Origin: Myxococcota bacterium
GTDB taxonomy: Bacteria > Myxococcota_A > UBA9160 > UBA4427
Direction: 5' to 3'
Assembly: GCA_028284295.1 (NCBI GenBank)
Contig: JANQSB010000132.1
Span: 1-38,491, forward strand
Length of the DNA: 38,491 nucleotides
The notes beneath the pieces are model-generated. The model was not told the origin of the DNA. It did not search any database and saw only the letters and a program-made list of their open reading frames with translations. Position numbers and translations under genes: made by a program. Below, piece by piece: positions 16,353 through 24,435 of the stretch (positions are counted from its first letter, which is position 1; every line of letters starts with the position of its first letter).

Positions 16353-16826
16353 ATGACGATTCAGGATCTCGGTAGCCTCGGAGAGCTGATCGCTGCCGTC
16401 GCCACGGTTGCAACGCTGATCTATCTCGCCGCCCAGATCCGCCAGAATACGTCGACGGTTCGCTCGAGCAGTGCGGCGGCGCAGAACCAGAACCAGAACA
16501 CCCTCCTTCTCAGTCTCGCGCAGGACCCGGAGCTCAACCGGATCTTCTGGGCGGGCCTGGAGGCTCGGAGCCGGCTGGAAGCCGCGGAGCAGCGCCGATT
16601 CGATGCCATCATGGCTGCGATGCTGAACAACTACGAGCAGACCTGGCGCTTCTTCAACGAACGCACCATCGAGGAGGGCGCCTGGTTGGGCCAGCTCGAC
16701 TCGATCCGCTGGTTCGTCGCGCAGCCCGGCTTCGAGGAGTACTGGACGAAGTGGAGCAACATGGTCTCGCATGACTTCGCCGAGGTCCTGATGGACGCCA
16801 GCCGGTCCGGGAGCGGCTCGGCCTGA
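16353..16826 (+). CDS. Cassette family A protein, copy 3
   Basis: Carries MTIQDLGSLGELIAAVATVATLIYLAAQIRQNT...QPGFEEYW. The stop TGA lies inside GCCTGAC (16821-16827). Confidence 0.75.
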   Translation: MTIQDLGSLGELIAAVATVATLIYLAAQIRQNTSTVRSSSAAAQNQNQNTLLLSLAQDPELNRIFWAGLEARSRLEAAEQRRFDAIMAAMLNNYEQTWRFFNERTIEEGAWLGQLDSIRWFVAQPGFEEYWTKWSNMVSHDFAEVLMDASRSGSGSA

Positions 16827-16868
16827 CGTGGGCGCGGCTGCCGCCGAGCGCCGGTCCCGCTAGTCGGC

Positions 16869-16931
16869 ATGGTCCGGACCTACCGCGGTAGCTGCCACTG
16901 CGGGCGGATCCAGTTCGAGGTGGACGGCGGG
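16869..16931 (+). pseudogene. N-terminal remnant of a GFA (glutathione-dependent formaldehyde-activating/CENP-V) family gene
   Basis: MVRTYRGSCHCGRIQFEVDGG matches the GFA start (compare the intact paralogue at 21973, GSCLCGAVAYEI). The rest of the ORF is unrelated Arg/Gly/Ser-rich sequence. Confidence 0.5.
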
Positions 16932-17006
16932 TCCGGGGTAGCAGGCTCTCGTAGTGCGCATGCACGGCCCAGCCACTCCTCGAAGCGGGTTGGGGACGGG
17001 GGGCGA

Positions 17007-17036
17007 TTGACCGCTGTCGACTCCGGGCGGCATAAT
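17007..17036 (+). promoter_or_regulatory. Sigma70-like promoter inside an attC-like element
   Basis: TTGACC (17007-17012), 18 nt, then CATAAT (17031-17036). It lies 87 nt upstream of ATG 17123. GTCGGAC (17098-17104) sits 67 nt after the -10. Confidence 0.5.
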
Positions 17037-17122
17037 CTGGAGACAGGGTCGAGCGGGTCGGCGTCGGCGTCGTTGCTGGCCGTCGGAATGCCGATCCGTC
17101 GGACGGGGCAACGACGAGCTCC

Positions 17123-17683
17123 ATGACGCTATTCGAGTACGTCGCGATCGCCTTCTCGCTCGTCTTCTCCTTCAGCGCCATGCGGCTCCTGTCGGGTCTT
17201 CCCTATGCGATCCGCCCGGGCAAGCGCTACTGGGTTCATCTCGCGTTCGTCCTGATCCATCTCCTTGGCACCTCGCTGAGCTTCTGGGCCTTCTGGGGGC
17301 TTCGGGACACGGACTGGACGCTGCCGAAGTTCCTTCTGGTCCTCGGTTCGCCCGGTGCGGTCTTCTTCATCTCGTGTGCGCTCGTACCAGAGTCCCCCTC
17401 CGCCATCACGTCCTGGCGGAGCCACTACTTCGCGACGAGGCGTTCGTTCTTCCTCGGACTGATCGTCTGGGCTCTGGTCGGCAGCGGGGTGACGACCTTC
17501 GTCGCGGGCCTTCCCTGGCTCCATCCCGTACGAGCCAGTCAGGCCTTCCTTCTCCTGCTCGGTGCGCTCGGAATGTCCTTCGCCAGCCCGCGAGCACACG
17601 CCGCACTCGCGTTGGGTGTCATCGCCGCGCTGGCAGTCATTGCGTCGACCGTCTACTTCCAACCCGTGTCCATCCCTCGATGA
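17123..17683 (+). CDS. Hypothetical multi-pass membrane protein
   Basis: 186 aa with ~6 hydrophobic segments. Its stop overlaps the next ATG (ATGA). Confidence 0.6.
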   Translation: MTLFEYVAIAFSLVFSFSAMRLLSGLPYAIRPGKRYWVHLAFVLIHLLGTSLSFWAFWGLRDTDWTLPKFLLVLGSPGAVFFISCALVPESPSAITSWRSHYFATRRSFFLGLIVWALVGSGVTTFVAGLPWLHPVRASQAFLLLLGALGMSFASPRAHAALALGVIAALAVIASTVYFQPVSIPR

Positions 17684-18213
17684 CAGCTGCGGACGCACTG
17701 CCGACGATCGCCGAGATTGCCGTCACCCTGGCGGGCTTCAGCAGCCTCCTCGTCGTGTTTCGCCCGACCGCCACGTCCCGGTGGACCGAACACGAGCTGG
17801 TCCGGATCCGTGCGCTCATCACGACCTGTGTCGTGGTGCTCGTCTGCGCCCTGGTCCCGTTCGGACTCGCCGGGCTGCGCTTCTCCGACGACGTGAGCTT
17901 CGGAGTTCCGCTCGCGGCATACGGGCTCTTCAATCTCGTATACCTGACGCTCAACGTGAGAAAGATCATGTCTCAGAAGATCCGGGTCTCGGCCCCTCGG
18001 TTGACCCTACCGGTCCTCGCGATCTCGGCAGCGGTCAACCTCGTGGTGCTCTCGAGTGGACTCGGGATCTTCCTTCCCTTCGATCCAGGAGTCCTGGTGC
18101 CCGGCCTCGTGTGGGGACTGGTGGCCGCGGTCGTCACCCTTCTGGCGACGGTGACCTTCCTCACGCAGTCCGCGGCCGACGACCGGGAAGACGTCGAAGC
18201 CGGTCCGAGATAG
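17680..18213 (+). CDS. Cassette family B protein, copy 3
   Basis: Carries MTAADALPTIAEIAVTLAGFSSLLVVF. It is translationally coupled to 17123..17683. Confidence 0.7.
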   Translation: MTAADALPTIAEIAVTLAGFSSLLVVFRPTATSRWTEHELVRIRALITTCVVVLVCALVPFGLAGLRFSDDVSFGVPLAAYGLFNLVYLTLNVRKIMSQKIRVSAPRLTLPVLAISAAVNLVVLSSGLGIFLPFDPGVLVPGLVWGLVAAVVTLLATVTFLTQSAADDREDVEAGPR

Positions 18214-18335
18214 ACGGGCTCGGACGACCGCCGTACCGCAGCACTCGCGCGGGCACGAGATCGGGCGTGGTAGAGTGGTGGTCCGGGGAGGCGCTTCAGG
18301 TTGACTTCGCGGGAAACGCCGAGCCGTCCCGACGG
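18209..18335 (+). repeat. attC site (degenerate boxes)
   Basis: GATAGAC (18209-18215) holds the stop codon. GACGGGCTCGG is complementary to CCGAGCCGTC (18319-18328). GTGGTAGAGT box at 18267-18276, with spacing like the 132-bp class. Confidence 0.5.
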
Positions 18336-18366
18336 CGGTAGCCCCCCTGCGGTTCGGGAGCGGGGC

Positions 18367-19143
18367 GTGTCGCCTGGCAGCCTTCGGCTGTCACGAGTCC
18401 TTGCGGGGTCGCTCGCGGTCGCCGTCACCGTTTCGACCTGGGAGCCTTTCGGCTCCGGCTTCCTCATCGGCCACGGCCCCTCCTTCCGCCGCACTCTGAT
18501 CGTGATGGTGTGGCTCGCGGCCTTCTCGGCGTCCTTTCCGCGCCGCATGGGTTCCGTGCCGTCCCAGGGAGTGTGGGCGGCATCGTGGATCGTGCTGCTC
18601 CCGTTGGCTCTGTTCTGCTGGTGGCGCTACGCGGATGCCTGAGGTTCACGACGAGGCCCGAAGGGTCCGGCCGCCAGGCGGCAGCCGTTGAGCGGGCTCA
18701 CCTATGCGCAGTACCTGGCGAGGCGCGGCCTATCGGGCCAGGCTTCCACGCGAGAGGTGCTGCTGGGCCCGTGGTCCGCACCGGGCTTCCACCTGTTCTG
18801 GCGCCGCTGGAATCCGCACCTCGGGTACCTGCTCTTCCGCACCTATGTGGCCCTGGGCGGCGGCCGCCACCACGCGCTCTCTTCTCTCGTCGTCTTCCTC
18901 CTCGCCGGCGCGGCCCATGACCTCGTGGTCCCGCTTCTCACCGGCTTCCCGTCGATCGGCGTGACGGTCGCGTTCGGCTTCTATTGGGCCGCGAGCAACG
19001 GCTGCCGCATCGCCGGGAGCTTCGCCCGCTTCCGAAGGTGGCCGAAGTCCGCCTGCGTGTCGCTCAACCTGGCTCTGGTCGGGGCCGGTCTCGCTCTCGG
19101 CGGAGTGGCGCAGCACGCCTTCCTTGCCCGTATCGCTGCCTAA
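18367..19143 (+). pseudogene. MBOAT_2 / wax-synthase-like membrane acyltransferase interrupted by an in-frame TGA
   Basis: ORFs 18367..18642 and 18688..19143 are in the same frame and separated only by the TGA at 18640-18642. The downstream part carries PWSAPGFHLFWRRWNPHLGYLLFRTYV, the MBOAT FWRRWN motif. Confidence 0.5.
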
Positions 19144-19261
19144 CATTCTCGGGAAGAGCGCCCCCCGGCATGTGGGGAGGCATCGCGGCACCGACGCGTC
19201 GCGGTTCGCAGCGCCCGCAGCCTGCGGTACCCTCCCCGTGCGATTCACTCTCGATCCAGGC
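19138..19261 (+). repeat. attC site (long-class left arm)
   Basis: R'' GCCTAAC at 19138-19144 holds the stop TAA. TACCCT box at 19228-19233. The site ends GATCCAGGCGG (R'-like TCCAGGC at 19255-19261). Confidence 0.55.
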
Positions 19262-19277
19262 GGAGTGGCTGTCCCTC

Positions 19278-19520
19278 TTGAGCCTGCAAGACCTCGGTAG
19301 CATCGGCGAGCTCATCGGCGCGTTCGCCGTCGTCGTCTCGCTCGTGTACCTGTCGTCCCAGATTCGCCAGAACACGAGGCAGATCGACGAGAACACCAGG
19401 GCCGCGCAGGCCGCCGCCTCCGATTCCAGCATCCGCCACGCCTTCGTGGCGCGACGGATGATCATCGAGAACGAGGACGCCTCGCCCACGGCGATCCGAG
19501 CTTGCGTCGGGGGCATCTAG
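19278..19520 (+). pseudogene. Cassette family A gene, 3'-truncated (80 aa)
   Basis: TTG start. SLQDLGSIGELIGAFAVVVSLVYLSSQIRQNT is intact, but the ORF stops at about half the family length, at TAGCCGTGTCGGA. Confidence 0.6.
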
Positions 19521-19536
19521 CCGTGTCGGACCAGCG

Positions 19537-20316
19537 ATGACCCAGCTGACCGGACGAAACGGAATCTCGATCGGGTTCGAGACCTTCGGCTCGGGTCCGC
19601 CCCTGGTGCTCGTCCACGGTGCGTTCACGAACCGCGTGTCCAACTGGATCACCGTTCGGGACGGGCTGGGTGCGCGCTTCACCGTCCACGCCGTGGACCG
19701 ACGCGGTCGTGGGGAGAGCTCCTCCGAGCCCGCGAGCTCGACTCGTGATGAATTCGATGACCTGGCCATGGTGATCTCTTCGGTGGAAGAGCCGGCCTTC
19801 GTGCTCGGACACTCGTACGGTGCCCACGTTGCGCTGGGGGCCGCGTCGCGGGTACCCGAGAAGGTGCGGAAGCTGATTCTCTACGAGCCTCCCACGGCGA
19901 GCTCGCTCTCGGCCGAGACGGCGCGTGCTCTCGAGAACGATGCCCACCGTGCCGATTGGGACGCTTTCGTCGCCCGCTTCTTCCGCGAGGTGGCCCAGGC
20001 TTCCACCGAAGAGCTCGACGAGCTTCGGAGCTCGCCGATCTGGGGAATGCTCGTCGATGGAGCGAAGCCGACGGTTTCGGACATTCGTGCGCTCCGCAGC
20101 TACGACTTCGATCCGCAGGAGTTCCGTTCCCTGGCCGTTCCCGTGACCTTCCTGTGCGGAAGCGAGAGCCCGACGATTCAGTCCGTGACGACGGACGAGC
20201 TGATGGCGACGCTCCCGGATGCCACCCGGATCGAGCTCGAGGGGCAGGGGCACGACGGGATGTATCGCAACCCGCGGCAGTTCATCGATACGGTGGAGCG
20301 GGTCTTCGGGTCGTAG
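19537..20316 (+). CDS. Alpha/beta-fold hydrolase
   Basis: 259 aa. PPLVLVHGAF forms the oxyanion region, VLGHSYGA is the nucleophile elbow GxSxG, and there is a C-terminal GHD. Confidence 0.85.
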   Translation: MTQLTGRNGISIGFETFGSGPPLVLVHGAFTNRVSNWITVRDGLGARFTVHAVDRRGRGESSSEPASSTRDEFDDLAMVISSVEEPAFVLGHSYGAHVALGAASRVPEKVRKLILYEPPTASSLSAETARALENDAHRADWDAFVARFFREVAQASTEELDELRSSPIWGMLVDGAKPTVSDIRALRSYDFDPQEFRSLAVPVTFLCGSESPTIQSVTTDELMATLPDATRIELEGQGHDGMYRNPRQFIDTVERVFGS

Positions 20317-20320
20317 CCGT

Positions 20321-20429
20321 GTCGAAGCATCGGCTCGATTGACCGGGGTCGCCGTCTGGCGGCATACTGCCGGCTCGGGTCGCACCCAGTCACCGCGATC
20401 GCTGGCCGCGGAGCGCCGATCCGTTCCGC
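20321..20429 (+). repeat. attC site (TTGACC-N18-CATAMT class)
   Basis: Starts with GTCGAAG (20321-20327). The left arm CATCGGCTCG is complementary to CGGAGCGCCGAT on the right. R' GTTCCGC at 20423-20429. Confidence 0.55.
20339..20368 (+). promoter_or_regulatory. Sigma70-like promoter inside attC
   Basis: TTGACC (20339-20344), 18 nt, then CATACT (20363-20368), reading toward the family A gene at 20480. Confidence 0.5.
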
Positions 20430-20479
20430 CGGTCGGCCGTGCAGGCGCGAACACTCACCCTGGAAAGGCACCCTCTCCG

Positions 20480-20983
20480 ATGACGAACAAGCGCAGCGGG
20501 TTGGAGCAGGCCGCTCTCGTCGCGGAGATCCTGGGTGGGATCGCGGTGGTCGTCTCGGTGATCTACCTGGCGGTGCAGATCTCCGACAACACCCGCATCC
20601 TCCGCAGTCAGACGCACTACAGCGCTCTCGAGGCACTGCAGAGGCCCTTCGAGATGATGCTCGAGAGCGACTCGCTGGCCGAGCAGCTCGTCGCGTGTCG
20701 CGAGGCACCGCACGGTGTCGCGGAAGCCGTGTGGAGACGCTGCCGGAACTACTACTTCATGCAGGCGAACGGCTGGGAGTACACCTACTACCAGCATCTC
20801 GACGAGGCCCTGCCGCCGTCGCTCTGGCCCGGCGTGGACGGATACATGGGCGGTCAGGCCCGGACCAATCCGGGCTGGGTGCGCTTCTGGGAGGAGATGG
20901 CCGACGGCTTCGGCGAGCCCTTCCGTTCGTACATCGAGGAGCGGATCCGGGAGAACCCGGCGCACGGCCAGCCGCGCGAGTAG
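20480..20983 (+). CDS. Cassette family A protein, copy 4 (divergent)
   Basis: Carries LEQAALVAEILGGIAVVVSVIYLAVQISDNT...NPGWVRFWEEMADGFGEPF, which preserves the TM, the QI(R/S)xN motif and the PGxxxxW features. Confidence 0.7.
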   Translation: MTNKRSGLEQAALVAEILGGIAVVVSVIYLAVQISDNTRILRSQTHYSALEALQRPFEMMLESDSLAEQLVACREAPHGVAEAVWRRCRNYYFMQANGWEYTYYQHLDEALPPSLWPGVDGYMGGQARTNPGWVRFWEEMADGFGEPFRSYIEERIRENPAHGQPRE

Positions 20984-21088
20984 GAGGCGGCGCTGGGTGG
21001 GCCGCTCGGCGGTCGGCCCGGGCGGGTTCGGCCGGGTGTGGCGAAGGGGTCGTGATACCCTGCTGCTTTCGGCACTGGAGACCCCCCG

Positions 21089-21361
21089 ATGACGCTCGAG
21101 AAGCTCCGTATCCCCCACTTCCGCCCTCTCCTCCTCCTCCCGTCGCTGCTGGCCCTCGGCGTGGGATGCGCGATCGGGCCCCCCGACGAAAAGGGCGAAG
21201 GTTCCAGGCTGCGGGACGACATGTTGCGCAACCAGGCCTGCGAGGCGCGGGATCTCCGGGCCGACACGAGCTCTCCCGCGGATCCGATCCGGTCCCGGTG
21301 CACCGGGCCCCGTACCTGGGTTCCCGCCAGCGGAGCGACAGGGGACACAGCGGCCACTTGA
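21089..21361 (+). CDS. Small lipoprotein, unknown function
   Basis: 90 aa. The signal LLLLPSLLALGVGC carries a lipobox. A GTGATACCCT box lies 28 nt upstream. Confidence 0.5.
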   Translation: MTLEKLRIPHFRPLLLLPSLLALGVGCAIGPPDEKGEGSRLRDDMLRNQACEARDLRADTSSPADPIRSRCTGPRTWVPASGATGDTAAT

Positions 21362-21381
21362 CGCGAGACTCTTCACTCCGG

Positions 21382-21858
21382 GTGTTCCCGCGCTCCTGGT
21401 TGTGGCTGTTCCCGCCGGGCTACCTGGTCCATCTCGTCGACGAGCGCTTCTTCGGTGAAGGCACCGCCGCCTGGGCGACGGCCCATATGGGGGTCCATCT
21501 CACCAACCAGGCCTGGCTCGTCATCAACGTCGTGTGGTTCGTCGGCTTCTTGCTCGTCACCTGGTTGATCGCGCGGGGCAGCCTGCCGGAGTGGGTGGCT
21601 CTTGCCCTGGCGACCCACTTCGCCATTCACGCCCTCACGCGGGTCTGGGGCTCTGCGGTGTTCCCCGGGTGGTCGCCCGGCGTCGTGAGCGGTGTCGCGG
21701 TGGGGCTTCCCTGGGCGGGCGCCGTCTTCCTTCGCGGTCTGCGAGAGCTCGAAACGAAGCAGGTCGCCCTGGCGGTCGGGTGCGGCGTTCTCAGTCTTCA
21801 ACCGCTCTGGGACTTTCTCATGCTCCCGATCCTGTCTCCGCGGCCACCCGCCGTCTAG
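21382..21858 (+). CDS. HXXEE-like domain membrane protein, copy 1
   Basis: GTG start 20 nt after the lipoprotein stop. Carries GYLVHLVDERFFGEG (HxxDE). It is a paralogue of 27943..28461, sharing a ...VSGV...LS(L/F)Q(P/A)(L/P)WD(F/L)L tail. Confidence 0.65.
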   Translation: MFPRSWLWLFPPGYLVHLVDERFFGEGTAAWATAHMGVHLTNQAWLVINVVWFVGFLLVTWLIARGSLPEWVALALATHFAIHALTRVWGSAVFPGWSPGVVSGVAVGLPWAGAVFLRGLRELETKQVALAVGCGVLSLQPLWDFLMLPILSPRPPAV

Positions 21859-21972
21859 GCGACACCGGGCGTTGTTGCAGCGTGGTATCCTGGCGCGCGT
21901 CCGTGGCTTCGAGCGTGCTCGGTAGATCGCCGGCTCGAGCCGAAGCCCCGCTCCGGTGGCGAAGAGCGTGTC

Positions 21973-22557
21973 ATGGGTGACGAGATTCGGGGCAGCTGTC
22001 TCTGCGGTGCGGTCGCGTACGAGATCCCCGCTTCCGACATCGGTGTCGTCACCACCTGCTACTGCTCGCTCTGCCGCAAGAACCACGGCGCGGAGCGGAG
22101 GCTGCGGGCGTCCGCCCGGACCCGAGGATTCCGCTGGGTCGCCGGAGAGCCGCTACTGCAGCGCTACCGGTACGCGCCCGAGCGCGAGAAGGTATTCTGC
22201 AGGGTCTGCGGAACTCCCCTCGTCAACGCGTACCTCGACCAGCCGGAGCTGCTGGGGCTGGCGATCGCCACCCTCGACCAGGACCCCGGCAAGCGGAACG
22301 TCCTGCACCTCTTCGCGGCCTCCCGGCCGGAGTGGATCGAGATTCGCGACGACCTCCCGCAGCTCGACACGGTCCCCGACATGCTCGGGCGCGTCGTCCG
22401 GATCGACCCCGACCACGTCTTGCTCGAGACGGAGCCCGGCCAGCAGCACCGGATTCGCGTCCACGCGGAGGCGGGCGACTTCAGCGTCGGGGACCGTGTC
22501 CGGGCTTCCCTCGCTCACGGCGAGAGAGGCTTCCGTGTGAGCGTCGTCGCCCGCTAG
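21973..22557 (+). CDS. GFA-family (CENP-V/glutathione-dependent formaldehyde-activating-like) protein with C-terminal extension
   Basis: Cys-rich zinc motifs IRGSCLCGAVAYEI...CYCSLCRKNHG...FCRVCGTPL, followed by ~55 extra C-terminal residues. Confidence 0.75.
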   Translation: MGDEIRGSCLCGAVAYEIPASDIGVVTTCYCSLCRKNHGAERRLRASARTRGFRWVAGEPLLQRYRYAPEREKVFCRVCGTPLVNAYLDQPELLGLAIATLDQDPGKRNVLHLFAASRPEWIEIRDDLPQLDTVPDMLGRVVRIDPDHVLLETEPGQQHRIRVHAEAGDFSVGDRVRASLAHGERGFRVSVVAR

Positions 22558-22587
22558 GCTGCCAGCACTCGTGGCGAACCCGTCTCC

Positions 22588-23316
22588 ATGTCCGAAGCTC
22601 CGAAGTTCCTGACGGCGCGCTGGGTCCACCTCGCGATGCTCAACTACGAGGTGGACCCGGCCATCCTCGAAGAGCGCGTTCCCGACGGCACGGAGCTCGA
22701 CGCCTTCGAAGGGACCTGCTTCGTCAGCATGGTGGGCTTCCAGTTCCTCGACACCCGCGTCCTCGGGGTTCCGGTGCCCTTCCACCGCGACTTCGACGAG
22801 GTGAACCTGCGCTTCTACGTGCGACGAGCCGAAGACGACGGGCTCCGCCGAGGCGTCGTGTTCGTCAAGGAGATCGTCCCACGCGCGGCGATCGCGTGGG
22901 TCGCCCGACGCGTCTACAACGAGAACTATGTGGCACTCCCCATGTCCCACGACGACGAGGTGGGCCGTAGCCCGGAGCCTCGCGTCCGCTATCGCTGGGA
23001 CTACGGCGGTCGTCCGCATCAGCTGAGCGTGCGAGTCGCGGGCTCTCCCTGGCTGCCGGACGAGAGCAGCGAGGAGTCCTTCATCACCGAGCACTACTGG
23101 GGCTACGTGCGCCAGCGCTCCGGCTCGACGCTCGAGTATCGCGTCGAGCACCCTCGCTGGAAGGTCTGGCGCGCGTCCGAGGCCGAGCTCGACTGCGACG
23201 TGTCGAGCCTGTACGGATCCGAATTCGCCCCGTTCCTGGCCGCTCCTCCCAGCTCCGCCTTCCTCGCCGAGGGATCGGCCGTGGCGGTGCGGCAGGGCCG
23301 GGCGCTGCCCCGGTAG
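22588..23316 (+). CDS. DUF2071 (YqjF-like) family protein
   Basis: 242 aa. FLTARWVHLAMLNYEVDPAILEERVP...FHRDFDEVNLRFYV resembles DUF2071. Confidence 0.65.
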   Translation: MSEAPKFLTARWVHLAMLNYEVDPAILEERVPDGTELDAFEGTCFVSMVGFQFLDTRVLGVPVPFHRDFDEVNLRFYVRRAEDDGLRRGVVFVKEIVPRAAIAWVARRVYNENYVALPMSHDDEVGRSPEPRVRYRWDYGGRPHQLSVRVAGSPWLPDESSEESFITEHYWGYVRQRSGSTLEYRVEHPRWKVWRASEAELDCDVSSLYGSEFAPFLAAPPSSAFLAEGSAVAVRQGRALPR

Positions 23317-23471
23317 GAGCACCTGCTCGGGAAGGGGCAGTCCAGGTGCGGTCGGGCGCACGCGCCCGCTGGGCTACCTTCGGGCTCTCGACGCGGAGAC
23401 GATGGAGGAAGCCCGGGAGCCGCCCTCCTCCCTCGTCGACCCGACCGTCGAGCACATGGGAGGGCCGAGCC

Positions 23472-23906
23472 ATGATCGAGTCTCTTGGCCACGTCGTCAT
23501 CAAGGTCCGTGACCTCGAGGCGTCGGAGCGCTTCTACGCCGAGACTCTCGGCATCGAGGTCCAGTCGCGCTCCGAGTCGGCCCGCATGACCTTCTTCACG
23601 CTCGGTCGGCACCACGACTTCGCGATCATCGCGATCGGTGGCTCTGCGCCGCCGGCTTCCGAGAAGGCGATCGGCACACACCACATCGCCTTCCAGGTCT
23701 CGGGCGGTCTCGAGGGTCTCCGGGAAGCCAAGGCGCGTCTCGAAGCGGAAGGCGTCACGGTCGCGCCCGTCGATCACCGGGTGACGAAGTCGCTCTACTT
23801 CAGCGACCCGGATGGAAACGCGCTGGAGCTCTGCGTAGACGGGTCGGACGAGTGGAAGTCGAACCCGGATTCCCTCTTCGCTCCCGCAAGCGAGCTCGAG
23901 CTCTAG
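23472..23906 (+). CDS. VOC (glyoxalase/extradiol dioxygenase-fold) protein
   Basis: GGGAGGG RBS. Carries MIESLGHVVIKVRDLEASERFYAETLG...HHIAFQV...LYFSDPDGNALEL. Confidence 0.8.
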   Translation: MIESLGHVVIKVRDLEASERFYAETLGIEVQSRSESARMTFFTLGRHHDFAIIAIGGSAPPASEKAIGTHHIAFQVSGGLEGLREAKARLEAEGVTVAPVDHRVTKSLYFSDPDGNALELCVDGSDEWKSNPDSLFAPASELEL

Positions 23907-23912
23907 CCTCGC

Positions 23913-24389
23913 GTGTCGCCCTCCGTGGACGCGACGCACTCAGATCTCCGAACGGGCGAGGCCCATCCGGCCGAGGTGCCCGACTCGCGGTCGCGCTGGC
24001 TGCTGCGGGGCTCGCTGGTGGTGGCCTGCGCGATCGCGGTGGTCGCCTGCTGGGGTCTCGGAAGTCCGGCGCCACACCTGGAGAGCGATCCCGAGCTCGC
24101 CCGCCTGTTGCGGTCGATGGTGTTGCTGAAGGCTGCGGTGATGGTCGCGGCGTTCGCGGGCCTGATGTGGCGCTTCCGCTGGCCGCTGTCGCTCGGCCTC
24201 GGGTCCGGCTACATCGCGGCGGCGGCTCTCGCCTCCGGGTCCCTCGTCCCGATCTGGAATCTCACGCACGTGGCCGTTGCGGCCGTGCTGTTCCACGTGG
24301 GTGCGGCGATGCTCGTCGTCGGCGCCCTGCTCGATCGATCCGCCCCGTGGCGCCTGCCGGGCTCTGCCTCTTCGGGGCGCGTCGTCTGA
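23913..24389 (+). CDS. Hypothetical membrane protein
   Basis: GTG start 6 nt after the VOC stop. 158 aa with four hydrophobic segments. Confidence 0.5.
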   Translation: MSPSVDATHSDLRTGEAHPAEVPDSRSRWLLRGSLVVACAIAVVACWGLGSPAPHLESDPELARLLRSMVLLKAAVMVAAFAGLMWRFRWPLSLGLGSGYIAAAALASGSLVPIWNLTHVAVAAVLFHVGAAMLVVGALLDRSAPWRLPGSASSGRVV

Positions 24390-24435
24390 TCTTCTCCATC
24401 GCGGTGGCGCGAGGCGCCGGCGGGATCCCCATCAC

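Noticed and set aside
16370-16381. GGTAGC(C/A)T strings occur inside family A coding regions (16372, 19286), matching the attC central box.
   Set aside because: They encode the conserved Gly-Ser of the DLGSxGE motif in the reading frame. The coding constraint explains them without invoking extra promoters or attC fragments.
18640-18642. The in-frame TGA in the MBOAT-like gene could be a selenocysteine or programmed read-through codon.
   Set aside because: I could not see a convincing SECIS-like hairpin immediately downstream, and MBOAT enzymes are not known selenoproteins. A nonsense mutation is more parsimonious.
498-20429. The repeated intergenic elements could be a CRISPR array, REP/BIME elements or plain rho-independent terminators.
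   Set aside because: The repeats are 90-170 bp, imperfect, and separated by gene-sized segments, so they are not CRISPR. They carry RYYYAAC and GTTRRRY terminal boxes, an unpaired spacer and strand-asymmetric bulges. They lack U-tracts, and all share one orientation matching the ORFs. That pattern fits attC rather than REP elements or terminators.
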